Origin: Bigelowiella natans CCMP2755
Taxonomy: Eukaryota; Protista; Cercozoa
Length of the DNA stretch: 64,000 bases
Direction of reading: 5' to 3'
Assembly (NCBI GenBank): GCA_000320545.1
Contig: ADNK01001197.1
Location: forward strand, 1-64,000
Position 1 is the stretch's first letter; every line of letters begins with the position of its first letter. The translations under genes and the position numbers were made by a program. The notes beneath the pieces are model-generated. The model ran no database searches, was not told where the DNA came from, and was given only the letters and a program-made list of their open reading frames with translations. Shown here piece by piece: positions 1 to 11,000 of the stretch.

Positions 1-261
1 AACAGAATTTGCACGCGATGTGATGTAAATATCGTGTTCTGCTTTTAAGAGATTCTGCCGCTAAGAGATTTTGGCTTCAATTTTTTTTTATATTGTTTCT
101 TCGCCACGTGATCTTGGATATGCTAACACAACTACAACTCCTCCTACCACTACTACGCAAGGATATCTATAAAATTACAACGACTGAAATTATTACTACT
201 AGTAAGAGTACTACCAGATTTGATTCCTCAGATAGGAAGACGGCTTCCTGAAATAAGTACA

Positions 262-295
<34 letters not shown>

Positions 296-851
296 TGTGT
301 GTATTTTACTAAAATTAAGCGTGACCATGTCCTTGTACGTCATTCCTTTGATGGTTTGAAGAAGCTCTTCATCCAGTGCCTTATATTACAATATACGCAG
401 TGCTTTCATCAGCAACACCAACACACGCACAGATTGTCTTCTTCTTCTTCTTCTTCTTCTTCTTCTTCTTCTTCTTGTGACTATCAGTCCATTGAGGCTC
501 TCCTAAAGCAGCAGTAGCAATAGTAGCAGCACGTACGTCTTTGCCACGATTTATTGAATATATATCCGGCACCGTGAGTGCTATAAGAGAATCACCTCCC
601 AGAGTCATTGCAGGCTATAACGATGTTGCATCTAATCACCTCATTCAGCAAATCCTCCTCATCTTTAAACGGTTGCCTGCTTTCCTTCGCAACCGCCCGC
701 TGATGCTGCAGCTTTCGACTGAAAAGAGATGAAATCACAAGGCTTTCAACGAATGAACAAATGCTGTCTTGCGATGCGACAAAGGAAACATCACTATCGA
801 CGACAATATATAAATAACATATATATATATATATATATATATATGGCCTTA

Positions 852-895
<44 letters not shown>

Positions 896-1007
896 CATCC
901 ACGCAGGTGGGAGGCAGTCTACCTCATATATGATCTTAGGCTCGAGGCACATCCCTGATTAGCAGCAACAAGGAACACTCAGCTTTCTTCGGATATGCGT
1001 ATGAATA

Positions 1008-1047
<40 letters not shown>

Positions 1048-1244
1048 AATCATCGTCCTTCTACACGTATAGAATACTGCTACAAAAACTGTCACATCAT
1101 GCACAGAGCAACCTTGATGATGAAGTTTTCTTCACTCTCAGCTTCGATGAGAATGTGGTCGATAAGATGGGCTATTTCTACATTATACACTGGTGCTAAC
1201 GAGTGCGGACCTTATCATACAATATATCAAAATATGTATATAAA

Positions 1245-1283
<39 letters not shown>

Positions 1284-1914
1284 ATACATAAATTTATATA
1301 TCAACATCGCATCGCAAGAACACTTCACAGTATGACATATGAGCATATGCATGTTGTACCACGCCACAGTTAAAAGTAGTAGTAGTGTAGTAGTAGTAGT
1401 AGTAGTGGTAGTAGTACCTCGATCTAGATTCCTGGCCAAACTACGCAGCATAAACGTAGCAAAGCAGCTAAAACTTACCTGTTGTTGCATGATACCGTTA
1501 TTTGGAGAGAAGCCAATAGGATATCAGGACGACAGTCAGCTTGGAGCAAAGCTTCATATCATTAGTAGTGCTTTGATATTATATTCTCAGTTGAGGGGGG
1601 GGGGGGGGGGGGGGACTTCCAAAATTCAAAAATAAAGCACGTGACTATGAATGCTGATAACTCGTAAGTTCTGCGTACATTTTTATCCTTGAGATGACGA
1701 GGGCCGCTCTCTTCACTGCAGTTACTGCTACTGAAGAGGATGAATCGTGAGAGAGGAGAAGAGGAGGAGGAGGAGGAGGAGGAGGAGGAGGAGGAGGAGA
1801 AAGAGTCGTATGTGGAGATGGAGGACGATACGTATCCTGCCATGTTTGTAAGGAAACCACGGACCTATTTGTAAGTTATGGTTATGCTGTTGTTATATTT
1901 ACCCCGAATATGCT

Positions 1915-1954
<40 letters not shown>

Positions 1955-1986
1955 TTACGATACGGGAGGAGGATAAGATAAAGAAG

Positions 1987-2039
<53 letters not shown>

Positions 2040-2092
2040 TGTGTAAGGCACATATTTGTCTCTTCAACTCTTTCTCCCACAAACAAAACGAT

Positions 2093-2143
<51 letters not shown>

Positions 2144-2287
2144 TACATATTTGTCATACCCTGGCGAGCTGATGACGGTCAGCATGCGGGACTTTCCGGT
2201 CAATGTCGTCCAACAGCATCGTGAAAGTGTCACCGAATATCTATTAAACACGCCACAGCTCATCTTTCGCACGCACAAGTATGTTTG

Positions 2288-2318
<31 letters not shown>

Positions 2319-2734
2319 TTAATAGATATTCGGTGACACTTTCACGATGCTGTTGGACGACATTGACCGGAAAGTTCGGCATGCCGTGGGTGCTGAGGCC
2401 GGGGGAGGAATCAACCTTTTCTTGCTCTTGTTCTTATTCTTCTCGGAGTGCTGCACGTTGTCCTCGTTGTTGGAATTTTGCTGAAATACCGCCCATAGGA
2501 GCTCATGCATGAACTAAGTAAAGGAAGGAAGGAAGGAGGGTAACAATAAGAAGAAGGAGGTGCGCACGATGAGGCAAAGTCGCTTAGTGAAGAGGTCATT
2601 GTCTATGCGTTGAATACCTCCTCAAAGTGCCTAAAATACATTTTATCGTCATTGTGTTCTCCTTCGTTGTTGTTCCGCTTCACTTCTTCCTCTGCAATAA
2701 TGCAAATAAATAAATGTGTAAATGCCCACTCATA

Positions 2735-2811
<77 letters not shown>

Positions 2812-3786
2812 CATATATATGAAGGACATCACGAAATGGATGGGTGATATATTTCTTCGACTACTGCCTGTGTTTGTGTGCGTGAGAGTCTGTGCGTTTG
2901 TTGGAGCTTCTGCAAGGAATTTTCTTGCAGCAAATACCTGCTGCCGCCATTTCCTCCGCACTGTGCTCAAAAACAGCCTAGTACATGTCAAATGTTAAAA
3001 ACGAAAGTTTTACCAAAGGGCCTAATACACACCTATACTTTTCTAAAATTTTGCATTTCTAAATCAAGAGTTAAGTGTTGTAGAATCTGTCTCAGTATAA
3101 TCCTCCCCCCAACAGCATTACTGTTATTTAGAGATTATGGCAATGATAAAGGGAGAACCTTGGCAAGCGAGCGTAAGTGCGGCAAATCTTCGAATGAAGA
3201 TGGATCTTTTCTTCCTGAAATGATGCGATCGCTCCATCCTCCCTATCATATTCACACTATTAGCTACTGTCAGAATAACATGTTTTTTTGTAATTCTATA
3301 CTCTTTTGATGTACTGTCTTAGGCTGTTTTCGTAGGGAATGAATAGGGGATCAGAGAAGACAAACACATCTGATGTCGATGTATATCGTATAGTCCCACT
3401 TGCAAGGATTATACCGTAGCGTCACGTTGCGAGATCCACTTACGTACCCTGGGAGTCTGCAGTTTCCTATCAATTTAAAAGTATTCGACTAAGAGACTAT
3501 ACTAAGATAATAATGATAAGAGCGAGTAGTGCCCCTCTACAAAGAAAGACCGTCAACACTAAGGTCGTACACAATATAGAACAAAAGCTTCAATGTAGCT
3601 CTTGCTCTCTCTCTCTCCCTCCCTCCCCTCCCCCCCCCCTTCCCACTTCTACATCTACACCTACACCTACACACACACACACACACACACACACTCCTGC
3701 CTTCCTCTCATTCTCTACTCTTCCGGTGACCTCTTCCTCTTAGCATCTCCCCCCTTGAAATCGTCGAACTCATCATTCGTGGTCAT
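1..3786 (-). CDS. Multi-exon gene of unknown function; 3' end uncertain, may extend beyond the window start
   Basis: Protein-like minus-strand segments lie between microsatellite-filled introns. Putative first exon MTTNDEFDDFKGGDAKRKRSPE (ATG at 3786, followed by GT). Others: IISGRKDPSSFEDLPHLRSLAK (~3160-3230), YEALLQADCRPDILLASLQITVSCNN (~1480-1560), SDVSFVASQDSICSFVESLVISSLFSRKLQHQRAVAKESRQPFKDEEDLLNE (~640-795). No family recognised. Confidence 0.5.
270..2810. repeat. Cluster of intronic microsatellites: (TG)n, (TTC)n, (AT)n, (CA)n, (TAG)n, poly-G, (GGA)n, (CT)n
   Basis: Examples at 270-294, 437-477, 818-843, 856-888, 1009-1039, 1250-1281, 1595-1614, 1761-1799, 1918-1951, 1991-2044, 2100-2140 and 2737-2807. 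Similar tracts recur in introns at 23-28 kb, 36-40 kb, 46-52 kb and 56-60 kb. Confidence 0.95.
2191..2375. repeat. Perfect 61-bp inverted repeat (2191-2251 / 2315-2375) around a 63-nt spacer containing (GT)n
   Basis: actttccggtcaatgtcgtccaacagcatcgtgaaagtgtcaccgaatatctattaaacac at 2191-2251; its exact reverse complement at 2315-2375. Confidence 0.92.
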
Positions 3787-5440
3787 CGCTCTATAAATTC
3801 TGTTTTGAAATGCGCATGGTTTTCAGGAAGTGGTTAAGATAAAGATAAAGAAGGGCCCAAGAGCCCCTTCATTCACATCTAGTAAGTAAAGTAGTCGAAT
3901 GCCTAGCAACAATGAGGATGCTAACTCATTTTCTATGTGGAATTTGTGTGTGGATACGAGCGAGGGCGCGCATATCTTGTGTCGTAGGATTCTGTATTGC
4001 TTGCAAAACTGATGAGAACGTGTCGTGTGCTAAAGTGTCAATGCTAGTTATCGTGCGTTTTCGGGTTGTGTTGTGATTGCGTTGATGTTGTTTAGAGTTA
4101 CATATGATATATTCAATCTTCCCCATTTGGTTCGAATTATCAGCAAACTGTCCACTCACCTTCTACAGCATTCGTTGTTATCGATCACCATGAATTTAGA
4201 GGCAGGAGGTTTGGTTACATGCTGTTTCAAAAAGGCGTTGATAAGCGCGCGGCGAGGTTAAGAACATGTTACATTGGAGACAAATTTAGTCAACCATTCA
4301 GAGGCAGAGAATAGTTAACTAACGTACCGCATATTTAGCGCTGTGAGAACAAATCCCCCCCATGTTCTTTTTACCTCTCGGGAGGGGGGCGGGCGGTCTC
4401 TCCTAGCTTAGTTAAGTTAACGGGTGTTTGTGTTGTCGCACGAAACAAATGTCCTTAGTTTGGTATCTGTGGAGCGTGCTTTAGGTCAAAACTACTTCAA
4501 AACGGTGTAGTTGGTATTTATAAACTCAGGTGTCATACGACATCGTTTCCTGCTTGGCGACATGAGAATGGAAGCGGAAGCTGTTAGCTTGCGCGAAAAG
4601 ATGAGCTTGATGTCGCAATTCGAATTGGTCGGCTTCCCAAGTCCTTTTCCAAAAAAAATCAAAAATTCAATATGTCGCACAGATACGCGTCGTTCTCGGA
4701 AGGAGCTGTAAGATTGTAATAAAATCTAAGCGGGAAAGACAATGGTATCAAACACCTTATGTTATCGTGATGAACTAGTGAACTAACAATGCCACAGAAA
4801 TACACCTATGTTTAATAGCTGTAACGAAATATTTTACAGGATTTTAAATCTTATTCTGAACTTTCGTAAGACTTTCAAATTCAGATTGTAGGAAGAAACT
4901 TTATCTTAATTTTTATACGACATCTCAATGACTATGTCGTAGTTTTTATTTATAAGGATATATCAATCAGAAAGAGGATTTTACTCCATTTTCTGAAGCT
5001 CTGAAACAGCAGGTTGAGCGGTGCCACCTTGATCTGGATGATTTTGAGTTGAGATCGTTGGTCTCCCTCCTCTGTATTGCTGTCCTGATGTTATGATGAT
5101 TAAATATTGAGTTTCACGGGGCTTGTATGTGAGAAAAGGGGGCTTGCATGAGAGTAAATGTAGAGAAGACGCGAGGGAATGTGATAATTCTGAAGGAAAA
5201 AATCTTCATTTCGATTTACGGAAATTCGACAAATAGTTGACAAAATTCTTCAGACCACCTTTACGAGCTCATTATAGACCATATTGCAGGGATCTTTTAA
5301 TTCTCTCTCTACAGAATATTTTCTAAACATATGGCCATTTGAGACAATGAAATAGACCTAACATCTTTTCTATATGTGACTCAATAGATTTCTTATTTGA
5401 GCACAACTGATTCAACTTAGGAAAGACAAGCCTGTATACT

Positions 5441-6649
5441 ATGAGCAAGAAGACACAGCTCTGCTTCAAGCTCGTCCTGCTTGGTAAGTTTTCTTGTATT
5501 TGCTCTCGTAGGGGAGTTGTCTTATCCTAGCCCGTTAACATTAGGGGATGCTGCTGTGGGGAAATCCTCCTGCGTGGAGAGGTTCGTCAAGAACGAATTT
5601 TTCGAGTTTCAACAGCCTACGATTGGTGCTGCTTTCCTAACCCAAACTGTGCCACTCGAAGAATATATTGTGAAGTTCGAAATCTGGGATACTGCAGGTG
5701 GAGAAATATAACCCTATTCCGTCTTTTTCCCTGTTGATAGTTTGGAGCCTTGATATTGCTAGGAAGTAATTGTACTTTGAGTTAGTTGTTCTTATTTCTG
5801 CTTAGTTGGGGTGGAAATTATTATGAAAACCGTCATTTTGAGTTGCGTCTGAGTACAAAACATGAGGCGTAGGGTTCTTAGAAAATGTACGCCATCATAC
5901 TACAGGACAAGAACGATACCGTAGTTTGGCTCCTATGTACTACAGAGGAGCTGCCGCTGCTCTCGTAGTCTACGACATCACGGATAAGGTAGTTTAATCA
6001 AGATTCTTGCGACGAATCCAACCTAAGCAAGTTTGTACATGAAATTTCTCTCAGGACTCTTTCATGGGCGCAAGAACGTGGATTGAGGTTTGCACAACCT
6101 GCCCTAGATATTTTACCATGGTTTTTATTTATGATTGCATGATGCACAGGAGCTTCAACGTCAAGGCAGTGCTGATATCGTAATTGGTCTAGCTGGGAAT
6201 AAGCTTGATCTGAGTTCGCAGAGAAAAGTAGATGCAAAGGTACGTTTGCAAGTAATTGGATGTTTACAGAAATCAGAGAGTTAGAAATAGACACATTCCT
6301 TCACCACACTTTTCTCTCTCTCTTCAGGAGGCTAAGGCTTATGCTGATGAGAACGGTTGTATCTTCTTCGAAACAAGTGCCAAAACTGGAGCAAATGTCC
6401 AAGATATTTTCGTCAAAATTGGTATTTCATTACTGTTCTTGATTTGCCCGCCAGTCATTTCTCTCCATCCTCCCTTTTCACCCACAACCAATAATTGTAA
6501 TCGAATTTTATTTTTTTCTTGTTTGGTGGTGTTTTACTTGGAAAGCTCAAAAACTCCCGAAGAATGTGCAACCGCAGCAAAATGATGTGATCCAGATTAT
6601 ATCTACAGATGAAAATCAAAGTACAGGGTGTTGTGGTGGTAAGAAGTAG
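5441..6649 (+). CDS. RAB5: Rab5-family small GTPase, 7 exons
   Basis: Spliced reading: [15 protein letters not shown]|DAAVGKSS...[12 protein letters not shown]...FEIWDTAG|[27 protein letters not shown]|[11 protein letters not shown]|ELQRQG...LAGNKLDL...|EAKAYA...FFETSAKTG...|...[10 protein letters not shown]1-G5 boxes, Rab5-type TIGAAF and LAPMYYRGA motifs, C-terminal CC prenylation signal, GT-AG introns. Confidence 0.95.
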
Positions 6650-6719
6650 TAAAATCGAATGATACACGTTATGATGTAAGCCTCTAGAAAATGCAATCGT
6701 ATCTCTTCTTTTTGGCACT

Positions 6720-7685
6720 GCACCGTCATGTCACACCGCACGCGCGCGAAGCAGGCTTCTAGCGCATTTACGCCAGGACACCGACACTGATGCTAGCATG
6801 AGCACTTTAGTCCGCCGCTGCACATCTGCTAGACCTAGAGACATGCACATGCTAGCTTGCACTAGTGCATGCTTGGCTTGTCTGGTTGTCATCATTGGGC
6901 GATCTAGCGATGCGGTCTAGCACGCTAGCACGTGGCACTCGCTACAGCTAGTGTACATGCATGCACATCTGCGGCCATGCTAGCTAGCTAGCATGCGATG
7001 GCGGCGTAGCTGGATGGCATGGATCGGATAAATGTGAGACAGCGAATGCAATGAAGGCGATTGAATCTTCACTTCGATTCAATGTTAGAATGGCCATCCT
7101 GACATACGCGATGTACGCGTGTGGCGCCATGCTAGCATGCAAAGCACAGCTAGACAGGCCACAGCTAGACAGGCCACAGCTAGACAGCTAGACAGCTAGA
7201 CAGCACTCTCAGGTCGTGTCCATTATTTGTATCGTCTGTTCTGGTCCACAGTGGCGGTGTCATTGGGTGCACAATGCTGCTGGAGCAAAAAACTTGCAGC
7301 GGTGTCGCTAGGTTGCACCACTCTAGCTAGCACTTGCAGGTGCTGCCAAAGCACATCCAAAAGCTTGGCACACAGGCACGATCTAGCTAGCTAGCGATGC
7401 AAATTGCGCATATATGAGAAACACAAAGCTCAGGCGGATCATCATTGCTAGATGGATTGTTGTGGATCGACGTGCATGTTGGCTTGGAGAACGTGCTGCC
7501 AAATGCAACAAACTCGGCAAATTTGTTTTCATTTTGCAAGAACAACCAAAAAACTAGTGAGAGAAACATTTAAACCCATCAAGGATGTGATGTGTGACCT
7601 TGCATCCATTGTGAAATAGATGGCGAACACAGCGCGCAAGTCACGTCGTGCAGCATGCACAGAATGATCTAGTGATGATAATGAC

Positions 7686-7726
<41 letters not shown>

Positions 7727-7920
7727 CAAGCCAGTGAGCCCTAGACAAGTGTCGAGCAGCACTGCATTGCGCACATGATCATCATGCGCAACGTACACGA
7801 TGCATGAAATGCTTAGCTTCACCAGACCTAAAATCAGACGTGCTGTAATGAAAATGAACGTAAGATAACCGAGCGGAATTGTGCTGACCACCATCATATA
7901 GTCACACGGTGCCATGTAAC
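6720..7920. other. Palindrome-rich (CTAG/GCATGC/TGCA) spacer between convergent genes; putative termination/boundary zone 1
   Basis: About 25-30 CTAG sites by eye in 1.2 kb (about 5 expected at uniform base composition), GCTAGCTAGCTAGC runs, CATGCTAGCATG at 7128-7139. Lies between the Rab5 stop (6649, +) and the giant gene stop (8022, -). Confidence 0.75.
7145..7204 (+). repeat. Short tandem array built on ACAGCTAGAC: (CACAGCTAGACAGGC)x2 followed by (CAGCTAGA)x3
   Basis: Read directly from 7141-7204. Confidence 0.85.
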
Positions 7921-8021
7921 TTACTTAATGCTATTATATCAATACGTATCCGGACTCGAAAAATTAGAATCCATAGGTTCTGTTTTCCCCGGATATATAC
8001 AAAAAATGAAAGAGCACAGAT

Positions 8022-11000
8022 TTAGATCACACCAATTTCATCTCCTCCTCCAAGCTCTCCTTTCAGATTCTCTACAAGCTCTAGGAGTTTCTTATTTTCG
8101 TCTTCAAGAGTACTGATGTATTCTTGACGTTTCTTCTTCACTTCCTCCTCTCTTGCGAAACGTTTTTGACGATTCTCATCTGATGGTAACATGTTCTGCA
8201 GATTGTTCACATTGTCAATCGTGATCTGAAGTGGGTTATTCTCCATTTGCGCAGCCTCCTTGCCGCCGACATTGCCGCCAGCTGCTCCGACCTCCTTCAT
8301 GCGCTCAAGCTCAATCTGCTTATCTTTGTTCTTCTGAACTTCTGCCTTATACTTGGAACGGTATCGAAGCTTTCGGTAGCAGTAGTACACGAGGAACACC
8401 ACCACAAGAGCGAAGAAGATGCACCCTAGCGCGACCACGGGCCACCATCTTTGCAGCGTTGAGAACACATTGTCGTTATATTGACTCTCAGAATCTCCTG
8501 GAGTGTATATGAAAGCATAAAGCTTCCCCGCTGAGCCGATGGTTCCACATTTATCGAAGCTGCCAGTAGCCACACCATTGGAAAGGGAGAGGGGGTTGAC
8601 CCTTCGATCTTTCACGGTAGGATAAAGACATCTCCAATTTCCGTATTGATCAAGAGTGGCCAGACAGATGTCATTGGCAGAGTGGGGGTAATTTCTATCA
8701 AGCTTAGCCGTGATCGTGATGTTGAGCGTGATGGCTCGCACATTGGAGCTCACCCAGCAGTAAAACGGAGCAGAGAGAACTGTTCTGCTATACGGAATCA
8801 TGGGTCCAAGACGTTGAAAGAACTCCCTTCTCACGAAATTGTCTGCACTACGGAGCTGGCTGTCGGAGGCAGTAATGGTGTAAAAAAACTTGGAATTGCT
8901 GTTGGTTGTGTTCAAAGCTCCTGCGGGAATTGAGAGCCTCACAGCTTGGCCGACTACAGGGTCATCGATAACCGGAACAGTTGCTGTCGCTCCGGAAGGA
9001 ATGGTTGCGACGACTAAGCGTGATCTCATATCTCTGTTGCAGTTGTCAGTGCACACGCCGATCTGCTCCAACCTTGGATTCGTCAAGTAAGTGTTACTGT
9101 AAGATAACGTGTCATTCTTGCACTGGTTGCCATTAGAGACACACTGCTGCTCTTCCCAGCACATGTACTGATTCACGTCACAGCCGTCGAACCGCGGGCA
9201 ATCTCCCTTTGGCCTACACGTACCATCGGTGCACGGCACAGTGTTTTCAGGACAAGAGATGGAAGTGCATGCAGCCGAGCTCGCTGCGCATTGCCCAGAT
9301 TCACACCTGAAAGGCGTCGCTTCGGGGCACCTTGGCACCACGGGACATAGAAGATCTCTCTGAGCATAAGGCACACAGAATCCGTCGGAACACCGGTATT
9401 TTCCAGTCGGGCATGCGGGGGGAACGAAGGACTGCAAAGCTATTTGATGTTGGCTATCTGCTGCTGCCACCTCATTTCCAAAGGAGAGTGGGGCTGGCCT
9501 GCTACTTGCTGTAAAGATCGATAGACATTCACTGTAATAGTTTACACATCTTCCATCATAACACTGTAGGTTGCAGTCATTTTGGTTGGCGTTGCTGCTG
9601 CATTGAGAGGGGCTTCCGACACAGCTTCCATCTGGGCAGAGAATGATGTTGCCACTAGGGCATCGGTTTTCCTCCGGACATGATTGAGCGTTTATAGCAC
9701 AAATACCGTTAGGACAAACGTGGAAGACAGCGCCGTAGTCAGGGCAAACGATCTTAGCTGAACACAAATCCTGGCTCAAGGCACAACTACCGTCTGCACA
9801 GCTTACTGTACCTGGGGGGCACACAATCGTAGCAGCGCAAACGGTCTCTGAGAAGGTGTTGTCCAGCAATTTGCCGTAGGCACCGTTGGAGGAGCAAGTT
9901 CCGTCTGCACACCTGTACGGAGTTGACACCGGGCAAAGCTGCGAAGTGGTGCAACTGGCGTAGTCCTGGACACAGCTGCCATCCACGCAAGTCAATCCGC
10001 TGCACGTATCCGTTGGGCAAATGCTAGTGTCAGCCACGCAAGTTCCGTTTCCACATCGGAAAGGAAGGTTCCATGGGCAGCCATTCGAAGCAGGGCATTG
10101 GTAGACACTGGAGACGCACTCGCCATTCCAGCACTTGTGAAGGCCAACGGAACAGCCAGTACCACTGATTCCGAAGTTGCTGCAACTCGTAGTATTTACT
10201 ACGCAAGCCCCATTGCTGCAGAGGTCATAGCCTTGAGGACAAGATTGGCCGATACTTCCTCCAGCGTCGCAATCAGAACTGCTAGCAGCGCATCTTCCAC
10301 TAACAGGACAACGGTACTTGTACCCGTCAGGACATGGGTTATTCAGAGGGCAGTCCCTCGCATCGTCACGACACGTACCATCTGCACATCGTACTTTGGT
10401 GAAGCAGGGTGCGATGATAGGACAATCAAGCTCAGAAGTGACGCAGTGACCGCTATCACATCGGATACCCTCTGCACAGGAAGGTCCCGGAGGTGCAGTG
10501 CAGTCAGCTGAGCCAAGCACGCACAACCCGGTAGGACACTGATAAGGGCGGTTAGCAGGACAGTACCCTTCTCCTCCATCTTTTTTTGTACAATCCGTCG
10601 AAGAGGCGCAAGTGCCATCTCTGCAGCGCTGCTTCCCACTCTCGCATCCGCTGACCTCTCCTTTATCCGAAGTAGTCAACCCAACGTAACCTGGGCATGC
10701 GCTGTAGTCTGATGACCCATCACTCATAGAAATTCCTTGGCAAGATCCGTCGTTACAAGCCAAGTTATTGAGTTCTGCAGTATCGATCACGAACGCACCG
10801 TTATCTTGGTTCAGACTCAATGCGTCAGCCTTGTAACCCTTGTCGCAGGTAATTGCATCCTGGTTCGAAACGCTGGGGCATTCGCCTGTATTCTTGACGC
10901 ACGCGCCATTGTAGCATTTGACCGGATTGCTGTACGGGCATCCATTGGTCTGGGTGCAGAAGGATGGGTCTTGTGCACAGTAGCCATCAGAGCAGAGGTA

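Noticed and set aside
263-3000. Many short ORFs with CVCVCV, YIYIYI, THTHTH or poly-S/P runs
   Set aside because: They are translations of intronic microsatellites, not independent genes. The same applies to similar ORFs throughout the window.
3850-5400. Possible RNA gene or small ORF (4511-4711) in the longest head-to-head spacer
   Set aside because: No tRNA cloverleaf, snRNA or rRNA motif recognised, and the ORF has no supporting features.
7145-7204. CRISPR-like array
   Set aside because: Units are 8-15 bp, directly adjacent with no unique spacers, in a eukaryotic context with no cas genes.
7529-7915. 128-aa hydrophobic - strand ORF with poly-Leu
   Set aside because: Lies in the palindrome-rich spacer; the poly-Leu derives from a (CAG)n/(CAA)n tract; no family motif.
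6720-7920. Spacer tracts as transposons/MITEs, or as products of CpG-deamination or RIP-like mutation
   Set aside because: No terminal inverted repeats, target-site duplications, transposase remnants or long alignable similarity between the four tracts. CpG and CpA/TpG remain abundant (cgcgcgcg, gcatgc), which argues against simple deamination decay.
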